From IMG/VR virus record IMGVR_UViG_3300025529_000005: DNA of 30,091 nt, one strand, 5' to 3'. Below are positions 15,135 through 24,704 of the stretch, in pieces. Position numbers and translations under genes: made by a program. This DNA comes from an uncultured virus (IMG/VR IMGVR_UViG_3300025529_000005). Its lineage: Duplodnaviria > Heunggongvirae > Uroviricota > Caudoviricetes. How positions within the stretch are numbered: the first letter of the stretch is position 1; the number at the start of each line of letters is the position of its first letter. A model generated the notes under the pieces. It did no database searches. It worked only from the letters and a program-made list of their open reading frames with translations, and was not told the origin of the DNA.

Positions 15135-17090
15135 TTACATCAAACTGTAGATGGCATTCCAGATATCATTTAGCTCTTGCTGAAGTGTTCTCATAGAACC
15201 GTCGATTTTAATGCTTGACCAACTAGTAAACCTCACATCTCCGCTCCAAAACTTCACATACGTTCCGCTAAGCCCCAGCGGTCTATTTAGTGCAAACACG
15301 TAAAAATCAGTCGGTGCAGCGTATAATATACCGGCGTTTATACCATTTTGAATAAACTGAATAGCCGGGGTGTTAGAGTAGTTAGTGATAATTCTAACAT
15401 ATTCTTGGGGGTTAGTATAAGCGGTGAGCATGTTTGAATCCGAACTGAACTCTATCCTAGGATACACTCCCGGACCCGCCGTCATAATAGTACTACCTAG
15501 GATGAGCGTTCCAAGTATCTGCCCCCCACTAATCGTTGAGGATGATATTGTGCCGGATATCTGAGCATTATTTGCGACAAGCTGCCCCTGCATATTAACT
15601 CTAAAAGGGGCATCGCTAAAGTTACCATTACCCGCCCAGATGCCCTGCGTATCAGCGCGGAATACATTATTGCCGGAGCCGATCGTGATACTGCCGCCTT
15701 GGAGCTCTCCCGTAAACGTCCCGCTGGCAGCTTGCAGATGACCGTCAAACACATAGCGGTTGTTGACCGCATCAAAGTACAGTCTCCGCTGACCGCCCTG
15801 ATAAAACGCCAGCTCATCTGCGTTAAACACAGCCTTAGCCGTACCGTCCTCACGCTGTACGACGATGCCCTCTGTGCGGCTGTGTGTCACGCCGTAATAA
15901 GGCTTACCATACCGCACCGCGTTCTCGTTGAGTCTTTTAACAGCAGCCGTAAGCGAGCCGTCGATACCAAATTCGCTCTCCTGCTCGCTGATGGACGGTG
16001 CCTCGATCTGCATGGCCAGCCCGCCGCGGAAGTCAAGCACCTGGTGCAGGATGATGCTCTGGTGAGTATGGACCCCATCCCACGGTATGTCAGCTTCCTC
16101 CCAGGCAATATCTGCGTCCTCCCAGGCTAGACTTTCCGTTGATTCAAAATTGATAACATCTCCCTGATCCAAATGCGGGAAGCCGCGAGATGGCATGGAG
16201 ATCGGCGTATACGACAGCCCGTTGATCTCGGCCAGGATCTTGTCAGCCATGGCTTGTGTGCCAAACGGATTTTCAACGTACAGCGTTTCCGCTTCACTGC
16301 CAGACCCCGCTTCGTAATACAGGCCATCGTCAGGATCGTAAATGACGACGACACGGCTGTAGGACTTAACCGGGTTGGTCTGCTGCACGCGGATGTAGTC
16401 GGATTCGGTAAATAGGAATGCCGGCTCGTTATGCTTGCTAATCTTTTTGAACCTCAATACTCCATCTTTCCCCATGTATACACAGGCGCTGTTGGCGCTT
16501 GCGATAAAACCCATCACCTGGCGGCAAGTATAGCCGGCGGGCCCAGCGCTAATCGTAAATGACGGATCAATTACGACGCTGTCGTCATACGTAAAGCCGA
16601 TCAGCTCGCAAATCTCATCCCAGACCGCTTGCATGGTTGTCGGGTAATTGAGCCCAGACACATACTCCACATCAGCAAACACGAGTCGGTCATAGCAGAC
16701 GTATGTCCAGATGTCCCGGTCTTTCGTTCGATTATCAACGTAGAATTCGCCAAGCGGCAACCAATCCGTTGTACCGCCCGCCCAAGGGATGTCGGCTTCC
16801 TCCCAGCTCATATCCGCCTCGTCCCAGGTGAGATTGTCAGATCGCAATGCAATGTATGGCACAATCTTCGCATTTGGTGGAAACTGGCTATGCATGCGGA
16901 AACGGATCGTCAGCTTGCTCGGGATGACGGTCCCTAGCTCCAGCTCGTCGCTTAGCGACAGGCTGTTTTCGATGCTAAAATCGACAATCACATCGTCACC
17001 GTATTCCACATCGTTCACGAGCGCTTTGACCGCGAATTCGCGCTGTGGTCTACGCAGCCAATCTGCAACTAAAGTCGGTACAGGATACAT
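15135..17090 (-). CDS. Baseplate hub / tail-associated minor structural protein
   Basis: Follows Dit; LGEFYVD..YDRL, ENPF and Gly/Ser/Thr-rich beta-repeat region. Confidence 0.8.
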   Translation of the reverse strand: MYPVPTLVADWLRRPQREFAVKALVNDVEYGDDVIVDFSIENSLSLSDELELGTVIPSKLTIRFRMHSQFPPNAKIVPYIALRSDNLTWDEADMSWEEADIPWAGGTTDWLPLGEFYVDNRTKDRDIWTYVCYDRLVFADVEYVSGLNYPTTMQAVWDEICELIGFTYDDSVVIDPSFTISAGPAGYTCRQVMGFIASANSACVYMGKDGVLRFKKISKHNEPAFLFTESDYIRVQQTNPVKSYSRVVVIYDPDDGLYYEAGSGSEAETLYVENPFGTQAMADKILAEINGLSYTPISMPSRGFPHLDQGDVINFESTESLAWEDADIAWEEADIPWDGVHTHQSIILHQVLDFRGGLAMQIEAPSISEQESEFGIDGSLTAAVKRLNENAVRYGKPYYGVTHSRTEGIVVQREDGTAKAVFNADELAFYQGGQRRLYFDAVNNRYVFDGHLQAASGTFTGELQGGSITIGSGNNVFRADTQGIWAGNGNFSDAPFRVNMQGQLVANNAQISGTISSSTISGGQILGTLILGSTIMTAGPGVYPRIEFSSDSNMLTAYTNPQEYVRIITNYSNTPAIQFIQNGINAGILYAAPTDFYVFALNRPLGLSGTYVKFWSGDVRFTSWSSIKIDGSMRTLQQELNDIWNAIYSLM

Positions 17091-17094
17091 ACCA

Positions 17095-17451
17095 TCACCT
17101 CTCCGTAAGCGTCAGCTTGAGCCCGGTCCAGTAGATTTCGTTGCCCCGGCTCACCGCGAACGGCGCCACCCGGTCGCCGACATAAAAAGTCCGGGTTTCC
17201 AGTTGCCCAGACATCGGATCAGGGTAGGTGCACTGGAAAAACTCGTTTTGCACCGCTTGGAGGATCGCTGACGTGTCCGACCAATTGAGCGGGCCCCAGG
17301 TCATATCGATTTTACGCTTGACAGCGATTCTGTCGCGGTGCATCGTGCCATCAGCCGTTCGTTTCGTGGCTTCAGCATCATCCAAATCCAACACAGTCAC
17401 CTGAAATGAAGAAGGGGCGGCCGGCAGGTCTACCCCATTAATCTTGATCAT
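17095..17451 (-). CDS. Distal tail protein (DUF6711-like)
   Basis: INGVDLPAAPSSFQV..RTADGTMHRDRIAVKRK..FYVGDR; immediately after the tape measure. Confidence 0.8.
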   Translation of the reverse strand: MIKINGVDLPAAPSSFQVTVLDLDDAEATKRTADGTMHRDRIAVKRKIDMTWGPLNWSDTSAILQAVQNEFFQCTYPDPMSGQLETRTFYVGDRVAPFAVSRGNEIYWTGLKLTLTER

Positions 17452-17463
17452 ACTACCCCCTCC

Positions 17464-19965
17464 TTATACGATTCCTAGTGTTCTGCCGGCTCTGCGATAT
17501 CTGTCATCTCGAGCATCGTCGACCACTTTAGCGAGTTGTGTGCCGTTAGCTTCCAGAATCACCGGCCGGCGTGCGAAGTCTTGCAGAGCCGCAAGGATCA
17601 TGTACAGCACTTCCACGACTTCTTGATTTGATCCACCGAGCATTTCTTGTAGCTTACTGAGAGGCGCGACAACCTCAGGGTCAACGCTTGCGTGCGGGTT
17701 ATCGCCGACCATGGCGAGCGTTGGAGCCGTTACTAGGCCACCTTTAGCCAGTCTGGGTATCTCAGGTATGTTGATCCCAAAACCTTTCCAGCCGGTTAAG
17801 TCCTCAACCCAACCCGGCATGTCGATTCGGACTTTATTAAGCTGACGGATGAGCCAGTTCATCGCGTCTATTATGACGTTGATAGCTCCCTTAAATAGCG
17901 CAACGATACCATCCCAGATGCCGCCGAAAAAGTCTTTAATGCCGTTCCAAGCCTTTTTCCAGTCTCCAGTAAATACTCCCGCGATGAAGTCTACAATACC
18001 ACCCAAGGCCTTGATGATCCCCTTGGCTACATCGACGATCGCTCCGAGAGCGCCGCCAATGATCGTAATGACCCCATCAAACACTTCGGCCACGACAGGA
18101 CCTAATGTCTTCACTAGCCAGTTCACGATCGGCATAATGAACTTATTAAAGATATCCTGCGCGGCCGTAACCAACTTCCCGATAAAGTTACCGATCTCTT
18201 TGAGCAAGTCTTTCAGATGGTCATCCCATAGCTTTTTCATCGTATCGAGCATCTTCGTGATGATCGGTTTGAGAAGTTTCTCCCATAGACTGTCCCATAG
18301 CTCTTTGATTCGATTTAGCGTCTCGCGAATATTGTCAACAATCTTCTTGCCCCACTTGTCCCACCAATCGAACAAGATGTCGAGCGCGTCCTGCACAATC
18401 TTAGAGATTAACTGCATGACCGGATCGATTACATCTTGCCAGATGTCATCAAATATCTGCTTGACCGTCGCAAACAGTTCTCCGAATATCTCCTGAGCCC
18501 CAGTGACAAACTCTGAAATCCTCGGCAAACCATCTGTGACGAACTTCTCAATGATCGGAAACGCTGCGTCCCAGATGTCGCCGAAAACGGTGCGCACAGT
18601 CTCGGACAGTCCGCTGTAGATCGTCGCAACTCCCGCAATCGACTGCTCCCAGAGTGGCATCAGATCATTCTGCCACCAATTTTTAAGCGGTTCACCAAGA
18701 GATACGATGTCACTAAACATCAAACCGAATTGCTCTTTCCATTTGCCGAGTTCCGGTTGAATGATCGACCAGGCTTTCTGGATTCCAGGGCCAAACGTAG
18801 CTACTGTCCAATTCCATCCATCCTGGATTGCACGAAAGGTGCGGTCGAACGTCGTCCGGATCCCGAGTGCCAGAGCGTCCATCTGCGTTTGGATGCGGTC
18901 GATATCCAACTCCGGCATCTCATATTCCGAGAGCGCCGCGCCAAAACCTCCATCATCCCCGCCGCCTGTTTCGAGCAAATTGAGCTCATCGAAACCGGCC
19001 AGCTTGTTCGCGCTCTTGGCCGTCTTATCCATCGCTGCGCGGGCCTTGTCTAAGCCGGCTGCCGCCTGCATGCTCTGCTTGTATGTCTTGCCAAAGAGCG
19101 CGGAAACAAAAGCGGCGACGTACGTTGTCGCCGTTACCATGGCCTTTATGAGCGCATTGATCGCCGGCAGCACCGCCTGGAAGATCGGGGCGAAAGCCGC
19201 CTTCAGGTTCATCTGAATTTGCATGAGCGACTTGGCATATTCCTCATTGGTCTTGAGCGAACTGCCTACGTAGCTTTGCAGACCGCGGATCGCCCGATAG
19301 AGGACGGAAAAAACGAGCACCTGCTTGGCGATGCGGCTGAATGCCTGCGTGAATTGATTGCTCATCTTGCCAGCGCCTTTGCCTGCTGCTGTAAATGCCG
19401 AACCGAGACGGGTCACCCCTTTAGCCGCCGCCTTAAACCGCTTACCGGATGCATTCAGCGTCTGATTCGTCTTCTTCAATGCCTTTTCCGTTTGTTCAAC
19501 CGGCTGTTCGACTTTCTGCGCAGCTTGTCCGGCACTACTGAGGTTGTCTTCCAGTTTCCATATTTTTGCCGCTGTGGAATCAGACTGCTTGGTGAGGCGG
19601 AGGATGGCAGATTCGGTGTTCAGAATTTGCTGTTGCAGTTTCGACTTCCGCGCCTCATTGAAGGTGTTTTCGTATGACTCCTTTAGTTGGGTTAGTTTTT
19701 GCCGCTGGAAGTCCAGTTTCGCGTTTACATTGTCCAGTAGCGCGGTCAGTTGGTTAATCTCGGCTTGTACCTTATCTGCATCAATTTCAGGCGCAGGTAT
19801 ACTTTTCGCGCTTGCTTGCGCACCTTTCATGACACTCTGCATCGAGGATTTGATCGCCAGTGAAAATTGCGCACCCATTCCCTTTGCAATTGCGCCGATT
19901 TGCTTCCCGATGCTGCTTTGGTCCAACTCGAGTCCAAGGCTAACCTTTCCAACTTCATCGGCCAC
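17464..19965 (-). CDS. Tape measure protein
   Basis: Long helical ORF with W/F-spaced repeats, LAGFDELN, GDWKKAW, IPRLAKGG..AMVGD..PEVVAPLSKL; GTG 19965 with RBS AAGGAGG. Confidence 0.93.
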   Translation of the reverse strand: MADEVGKVSLGLELDQSSIGKQIGAIAKGMGAQFSLAIKSSMQSVMKGAQASAKSIPAPEIDADKVQAEINQLTALLDNVNAKLDFQRQKLTQLKESYENTFNEARKSKLQQQILNTESAILRLTKQSDSTAAKIWKLEDNLSSAGQAAQKVEQPVEQTEKALKKTNQTLNASGKRFKAAAKGVTRLGSAFTAAGKGAGKMSNQFTQAFSRIAKQVLVFSVLYRAIRGLQSYVGSSLKTNEEYAKSLMQIQMNLKAAFAPIFQAVLPAINALIKAMVTATTYVAAFVSALFGKTYKQSMQAAAGLDKARAAMDKTAKSANKLAGFDELNLLETGGGDDGGFGAALSEYEMPELDIDRIQTQMDALALGIRTTFDRTFRAIQDGWNWTVATFGPGIQKAWSIIQPELGKWKEQFGLMFSDIVSLGEPLKNWWQNDLMPLWEQSIAGVATIYSGLSETVRTVFGDIWDAAFPIIEKFVTDGLPRISEFVTGAQEIFGELFATVKQIFDDIWQDVIDPVMQLISKIVQDALDILFDWWDKWGKKIVDNIRETLNRIKELWDSLWEKLLKPIITKMLDTMKKLWDDHLKDLLKEIGNFIGKLVTAAQDIFNKFIMPIVNWLVKTLGPVVAEVFDGVITIIGGALGAIVDVAKGIIKALGGIVDFIAGVFTGDWKKAWNGIKDFFGGIWDGIVALFKGAINVIIDAMNWLIRQLNKVRIDMPGWVEDLTGWKGFGINIPEIPRLAKGGLVTAPTLAMVGDNPHASVDPEVVAPLSKLQEMLGGSNQEVVEVLYMILAALQDFARRPVILEANGTQLAKVVDDARDDRYRRAGRTLGIV

Positions 19966-20330
19966 GCCCTCCACCTCCTTTGCCAAACATGCTGGCCATC
20001 ATTTTTTCAAACTGCTCTACAGCCTTCCGCGCTTCTTCCGGGTTCATCTGCACTTGTTTCATCTGCCGTGTACGCCACGCAGCGCGGATCCGTTTTTGCT
20101 CCGGGGTGAAGTGTTTCAGCTTCTCCCGGTCATTCTCGCTGCGGATCTGGACGATGTAGCCCAGCGGCGTGTCCGGCAGTAGGCCCGCGAGCAGCGAAGA
20201 AAATTCCGCCCAGGACATATCCGATTCATTGCGGAGGCGGATACCATACTGGGCGGCGAAGGACGCCTCGATCAGTTCCCAGTCTTCATACAGGTCGTAC
20301 CACGTTTCAGATTTCTTCTCGCGCCCGGCG
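19955..20330 (-). CDS. Gp15-like tail assembly chaperone T segment, probably made by frameshift
   Basis: YDLYEDWELIEASFAAQYGIRL..W.EF..LL.GL..DTPLG..V.IRSE; no convincing RBS/start of its own. Confidence 0.8.
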
Positions 20331-20636
20331 AAATCGGGCCTCCACAACTTCGAAGTCCTCATCCATGGCGCCAGCCATGCAGGCGATGAAAATGGTTTGA
20401 TAGTCAGCGAAAGAGATGTCCATCTCACTGATCTTCTGGACGGCCTCTTTGCCGAGAAGCAGTTCGAGAATGCCGTCCACTTCGCGGAGGTCATTCAGAT
20501 CCGTCTCCTGGATCTTCTGATTCAGGATCAGAACCGTATTCTTGCGGTTGTCGATCTCGAATTCCACTCCCTCAGCCAGTTTCAGCCGAGGGCGCCCGTT
20601 CGTCAGCTTCGAGGAAATGTCGATTGTTTTGGACAT
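20307..20636 (-). CDS. Tail assembly chaperone G
   Basis: Between major tail and tape measure genes; RBS GGAGGG. Confidence 0.85.
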   Translation of the reverse strand: MSKTIDISSKLTNGRPRLKLAEGVEFEIDNRKNTVLILNQKIQETDLNDLREVDGILELLLGKEAVQKISEMDISFADYQTIFIACMAGAMDEDFEVVEARFRRAREEI

Positions 20637-20660
20637 GTGCTAATCCCTCCAAAGAAATGG

Positions 20661-20687
20661 AATAGACGGCCGATATTGGCCGTCTTT
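20661..20687 (-). terminator. Hairpin/terminator after the major tail gene
   Basis: AGACGGCC-aatatc-GGCCGTCT followed by ATTCCATTTCTTT. Confidence 0.5.
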
Positions 20688-21135
20688 ATGCTGCTGGTGT
20701 ATACGTCGGCTTACCGTCGCTCATGACTTCGACCGAAAGCGCCGCGACGGCCGTGCTGTCGCCGCCTTCTGCTTCGGTGACGTTGAGGATGCAGTCGAAA
20801 TCGAGCGTTGCACCGGACGGGAATTCCACCTGGAATTTCGTTGAACAATCCAGTCCAGACTTCCATGCGGTTTCCGCCACATAGTCGTTCCCCGGATCGC
20901 CGACGTGCCTTTTGCCGTTCAGTGTGAGCGTGAAGCTCTTCCCGGTCATCAGGCGGCGCATCCAACCCTCGGTTTCCATCGGTGTCCACTCTTCCACGTT
21001 TCCGTCGATGGCGATCTGGAACGTTTCCATCTCCTTGATGACCGCCATATCGGCAGCCGTGGACGCCCGACCTTTCGTCCCGACCTTGAAGACGATGTCA
21101 AATACGGGGAAAACCCCGCTCGTTACAGTAGCCAA
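20686..21135 (-). CDS. Major tail tube protein
   Basis: DGNVEEWTPM..EGW.RRLMTGKS.T..L.GKR.VGDPGNDY. Confidence 0.88.
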   Translation of the reverse strand: MATVTSGVFPVFDIVFKVGTKGRASTAADMAVIKEMETFQIAIDGNVEEWTPMETEGWMRRLMTGKSFTLTLNGKRHVGDPGNDYVAETAWKSGLDCSTKFQVEFPSGATLDFDCILNVTEAEGGDSTAVAALSVEVMSDGKPTYTPAA

Positions 21136-21141
21136 CTTCCA

Positions 21142-21522
21142 TCACCTCTCGTAATAAATGTGCGTTTCAATCACAAATTCATAAATACCTTCACTGTCCA
21201 CACCAACGCTGATCGGTCCGGACTGCGGCATGTGGAACCACGCCCGCCGGTCGCCGATCGTCGCCTTCTGACCAAACAACGCGTCGTACATCTCCTGCGC
21301 TTTCGTCTCCGCTGCGCTGGCGCTCTTGCCCCAATGGACAAGGATGGAGACAGCCTTGACCGCGTACCCGGTCGCCTGCGGGCCGCCGACAGCCATCCGA
21401 GACGGCGCGCCGGTGGTGTTATATAGCGTGATGGATCGATCTGCTGCTCCTCGGCTGTTCAGATACCATTGCGGGCTGTCAATGACCGTCTTCATCCAGT
21501 CGCGAATTTCTGATAGATTCAC
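21142..21522 (-). CDS. Tail terminator-like protein (A118 minor capsid gp11 type)
   Basis: GTG 21522; SILVHW.K..AE.KA..YD.L..P.SVG.D.EGIYEFVIE. Confidence 0.8.
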   Translation of the reverse strand: MNLSEIRDWMKTVIDSPQWYLNSRGAADRSITLYNTTGAPSRMAVGGPQATGYAVKAVSILVHWGKSASAAETKAQEMYDALFGQKATIGDRRAWFHMPQSGPISVGVDSEGIYEFVIETHIYYER

Positions 21523-21911
21523 TTGATCAGCCCCTTTTGTTTCATGAGAATCTGCACAAACTTCCCGTACGTCTCGATGACCCACTCCTGCTTTTGCCCT
21601 TTCGTGTGGTATGGCTCCATCCACTTGCCGCGGGCATTCGGGTTTTTGTCTGTCCGGAAGTTGTATTCCGGATGCCAGTACAGGCGTCGTGCGTACGGTG
21701 TATCAAAGACGATACGAGCGACATTCTGCTGGATCTCGGACAGATCAACAAATCCGCTGCGCTCCAGCTCACCGGTGTCCTTTGGAACAACGCCCGATGT
21801 GCGGATATCCGTCAGCACGGCCTCTGCTGTCAACTCGACCGCCTGGCGCATAATCTTCTTCGTCTCCGTCAACCAAGATTGATTGAGCGTCACTTTTGTG
21901 GTTACCTTCAC
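21519..21911 (-). CDS. Tail completion / neck protein (Minor_capsid_2 / HK97 gp10-like)
   Basis: VPKDTGELERS..DTPYARRLYWHPEYNF..NPNARGKW. Confidence 0.85.
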   Translation of the reverse strand: MKVTTKVTLNQSWLTETKKIMRQAVELTAEAVLTDIRTSGVVPKDTGELERSGFVDLSEIQQNVARIVFDTPYARRLYWHPEYNFRTDKNPNARGKWMEPYHTKGQKQEWVIETYGKFVQILMKQKGLIK

Positions 21912-22228
21912 GCCAGCATCAGCTCCGTCGAGTACACCGTGCCGTCAGGATTTCGCGGTCGCAGTGTACTATGGATAGCCTTGTGCTGACCGTGAACCAC
22001 GACATAGCCCTGGATCGGCTTATCCGGGTAAATGTCGCCCTCGATGATGACCAGACCCGTTAGCATCACAAGTCGCCTCTCAGCGTCCAGCACCTGACGA
22101 CTCTTTTCGTCCAAAAATGCCGGACCGTCATAGATCAGCTCCTCCATATATTCGCCGTCGCTGTCCGTCCCTTCCCAGTACACTTTGACCGGGATTTTCG
22201 GCAGCCACTTCGGATATGGAAATTTCAT
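21908..22228 (-). CDS. Head closure protein
   Basis: Synteny; RPRNPDGTVYSTEL C-terminus. Confidence 0.75.
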   Translation of the reverse strand: MKFPYPKWLPKIPVKVYWEGTDSDGEYMEELIYDGPAFLDEKSRQVLDAERRLVMLTGLVIIEGDIYPDKPIQGYVVVHGQHKAIHSTLRPRNPDGTVYSTELMLA

Positions 22229-22602
22229 GCCCTCACCGCCCTGTTTGCAAGGCCCGTGGGCAGGAGCAGCCCCATCACTTCCTGGGATGTTCTCACACCT
22301 CCGGCACCCTGCACAAATCCGGATTCACCGAAGCTCCACGAAATTGATCCTGCACCGAATCCCGTCATCGGGGCGCTCAGTAAGTCGCCGTACTGATGCC
22401 AAAAGTCAGCCTGCCGGCACACGGCTTTCTTGACATTCTCCTGCTGAAACGGCGTCAGGTTCTCGAATACTCGTGCCTTGATACGATTGTACGTTAGCGC
22501 GTCGATCTGATCTGAAGCACGAGAAAGGGCCTGCTCCAGCTTTTCAGCCGGAATCAAGCCCGCACCGTATTGCTCGTAATCCTGCGGCGTCGCGTAGCTC
22601 AC
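22225..22602 (-). CDS. Head-tail adaptor
   Basis: MSYAT..Y..RASDQIDALTYNRI..VKKAVC.QA..L.PTGL. Confidence 0.85.
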   Translation of the reverse strand: MSYATPQDYEQYGAGLIPAEKLEQALSRASDQIDALTYNRIKARVFENLTPFQQENVKKAVCRQADFWHQYGDLLSAPMTGFGAGSISWSFGESGFVQGAGGVRTSQEVMGLLLPTGLANRAVRA

Positions 22603-22616
22603 GGGCGATCACCGCC

Positions 22617-22889
22617 TTATTTGCCCGATCTCTTGCCGGTCTTCTCGATAGGGCCGTCGTCCGTACCGTTGGTAAGTTGCGCCAGTTGCGCTTTCAGCGC
22701 CTCGTTTTCCTTCTGCAGCAACTCGTACTGCGCATACGGCACCGTCTTGCTCGGCGCGTGCTGGACGATCTCCAGCTTGCCGCCCCGATCCTCGGCGATG
22801 TCGAATCCGAGGTTCAGATACCGTTGCCGTTCCGCTTCATCGATTTTGAGCTGCTTGTTTCCTTTGACCGCATACAGCACTTCGATCAC
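22617..22889 (-). CDS. Hypothetical head-associated protein
   Basis: Between capsid and adaptor; coiled-coil C-terminus; RBS AAAGGAG. Confidence 0.75.
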   Translation of the reverse strand: MIEVLYAVKGNKQLKIDEAERQRYLNLGFDIAEDRGGKLEIVQHAPSKTVPYAQYELLQKENEALKAQLAQLTNGTDDGPIEKTGKRSGK

Positions 22890-22919
22890 TCCTTTGGAAA
22901 GAAATCAGGAGACCCGAAA

Positions 22920-23801
22920 TCAGGCCTCCATGTTGATTTGCACGCCGTCAACCTTCCGCTCGATCAGGAATAGGTCTGTGTAGCTGCGGTTTTGGTACAG
23001 CCAACCGTCGCCGGTGGTGTGGCTTCCAGGAGGCCACAGGTAGATGGCTTGGTGCTTGATCGGTGCAATGACTGCACTCGGATGCACCAGAATCATGTTG
23101 ATCTGCTTTGCTCCGACGCCAGGCGCGAAGCCGTCCGTGAAGTCGTAAGCAGACTTCATGCGATCGGACGGCACCTTCACCAGTTCGACGTCGTCCAGCT
23201 GGTTTACGGCGCGAGCCACACGACCCGGACCGGATTGCACGTAGAAGGTCCGCTGGATGTCCTCGGCTTGTTTTAGTAGCTTGTGGACAGTCGGTGTGAC
23301 ATAAAGTAACCGTCCGCCTTCTGGTACGCTAGCCTCGTCCATAATCTCCATCAACTCGTCAAATACCTGCAAGACGTTGTTCACGTCTAGGACGGTTGTA
23401 TCCGGAGTGCCTCCGTACGTTTGCTGCTCAGAGAGCAGCTTGCTGTACCGATAGCAATCCAGCTCCGGGATTGCCTGTTCCGTCACAAACACATTCGTGA
23501 TGTTGGCTGCGGACACAATCTGGTTCGTCTCGTCCACGTCCATGGCATCAACGAAGAATTCGACATCCCGATCGTGCTGCAGGATTTTCGTCTCGAAGTC
23601 GTTCGAGATATCTTGACGGTTCCACCCGCCCGTTCGGCTGTGATCCTTGTACCCGCCCAAGTCAAGGCGCGGAATCTTGATTTCCTTCGCCCCCACGAAA
23701 CGCACACGATCCGTGGTAAGCGCGGCGCTGGTCAGTTCGCGAGCATATTTCTGCTGCAGCTGCGTTTCAAACGCGGTGACGTAGTTGAACGCATTCGCCA
23801 T
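22920..23801 (-). CDS. Major capsid protein
   Basis: NYVT.F...L.Q.Y..GAKEIKIP..HDRDVEFFVDAMDVDETN..IPELD.YRYSKL. Confidence 0.92.
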   Translation of the reverse strand: MANAFNYVTAFETQLQQKYARELTSAALTTDRVRFVGAKEIKIPRLDLGGYKDHSRTGGWNRQDISNDFETKILQHDRDVEFFVDAMDVDETNQIVSAANITNVFVTEQAIPELDCYRYSKLLSEQQTYGGTPDTTVLDVNNVLQVFDELMEIMDEASVPEGGRLLYVTPTVHKLLKQAEDIQRTFYVQSGPGRVARAVNQLDDVELVKVPSDRMKSAYDFTDGFAPGVGAKQINMILVHPSAVIAPIKHQAIYLWPPGSHTTGDGWLYQNRSYTDLFLIERKVDGVQINMEA

Positions 23802-23818
23802 TGTTCATCACTCCTGAA

Positions 23819-24394
23819 TTATTTTTGATCGTTTCCAAATATGGCGGCCAGTTGGTCGTTGTTCACCGTCGGCGGCTGACCGCCGTTACCGCCGATATGG
23901 AAGCCGGGCTGTTGCTGCGTGTCGTCCGATTTAAACAGGAACGCCTTGGATTCTTGCAGCGTCTTCAGCTGCTCGTCCAGACCGACCACCTTGTCGCCAT
24001 CCAGAACCAGCTTTTCGCGATCAAAAAGGCCGGCTACCAGATCCTCATCGTGGACCTTGCCGGCGATCGCTGCCTTGATGGCGCTGGACAGTTTGAGGTT
24101 TTTCAGATCGTCCTCATACTTCTCCTTGGCCTGTCGATTCTCGTCCTGGAGCTTCTGAATCTGCGCTCTAAGCTCTTCGCTGGCCCCGGCCGCTTTCTTC
24201 AGTTCGTCCAGCTGTTTGTCCCGTTCGGCGACGTCGGTCTCCAGCTTCTTCTTCGCTTCAGCCACCTCGTTGTATTGCTGCTTGGCGACAAAGTGCTTTG
24301 GCAACTCCTTATTCACGTCGGAAATCAGGCCGTCGATCTTGGATTCATCGACCCCAGCTTTTTTGAGCAATTCTTTGAGCCATTCCATGTTCAT
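23819..24394 (-). CDS. Scaffolding protein (Phage_GP20 type)
   Basis: Coiled coil; RDKQL.ELKK..GLDEQLK.L.ESK.FLF. Confidence 0.9.
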   Translation of the reverse strand: MNMEWLKELLKKAGVDESKIDGLISDVNKELPKHFVAKQQYNEVAEAKKKLETDVAERDKQLDELKKAAGASEELRAQIQKLQDENRQAKEKYEDDLKNLKLSSAIKAAIAGKVHDEDLVAGLFDREKLVLDGDKVVGLDEQLKTLQESKAFLFKSDDTQQQPGFHIGGNGGQPPTVNNDQLAAIFGNDQK

Positions 24395-24411
24395 CCAACC
24401 TCCATAGATTT

Positions 24412-24546
24412 TTATAGCCGCTCTCCGGCTGCGGGAGTCGGCCGATATACCCCGGCCGCGGGTAAAACATTGGGCCCCGGAAGTCTCATCCGGAGCCCAA
24501 TACAGCGCTGTAACGTCAGCGCCAGACGAGATGTCGGATCACCTTA
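24412..24546 (-). promoter_or_regulatory. Multi-hairpin RNA leader upstream of the scaffold gene
   Basis: Hairpins GGCGCTG..CAGCGCT, ATTGGGCTCCGGA..TCCGGGGCCCAAT-GTTTT, CGGCCG..CGGCCG and AGCCG-gagag-CGGCT. Confidence 0.6.
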
Positions 24547-24555
24547 ACCATTCTG

Positions 24556-24702
24556 CTACTCAGCATCCTCAATCTCTTTGCTTATCAGCAACTTCACATA
24601 TTCAATTGCACCGAGTGCTTCAAATACTGTGATACCCTCATCAGATTCATAGTCAACAGTTCCTTCAACGTGATTTATGATGATTGTCAATTTTCTTTCC
24701 AT
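24556..24702 (-). CDS. 48-aa acidic hypothetical protein
   Basis: MERKLTIIINHVEGTVDYESDEGITVFEALGAIEYVKLLISKEIEDAE; AT-rich. Confidence 0.6.
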   Translation of the reverse strand: MERKLTIIINHVEGTVDYESDEGITVFEALGAIEYVKLLISKEIEDAE

Positions 24703-24704
24703 CT

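Noticed and set aside
22901..22924. GAAATCAGG direct repeat at the capsid stop
   Set aside because: Two 9-mers only; no slippery site or extension ORF to support a capsid frameshift
23801..24547. 248-aa plus-strand ORF
   Set aside because: Antisense to the scaffold gene; its hydrophobicity mirrors Lys/Glu codons on the coding strand
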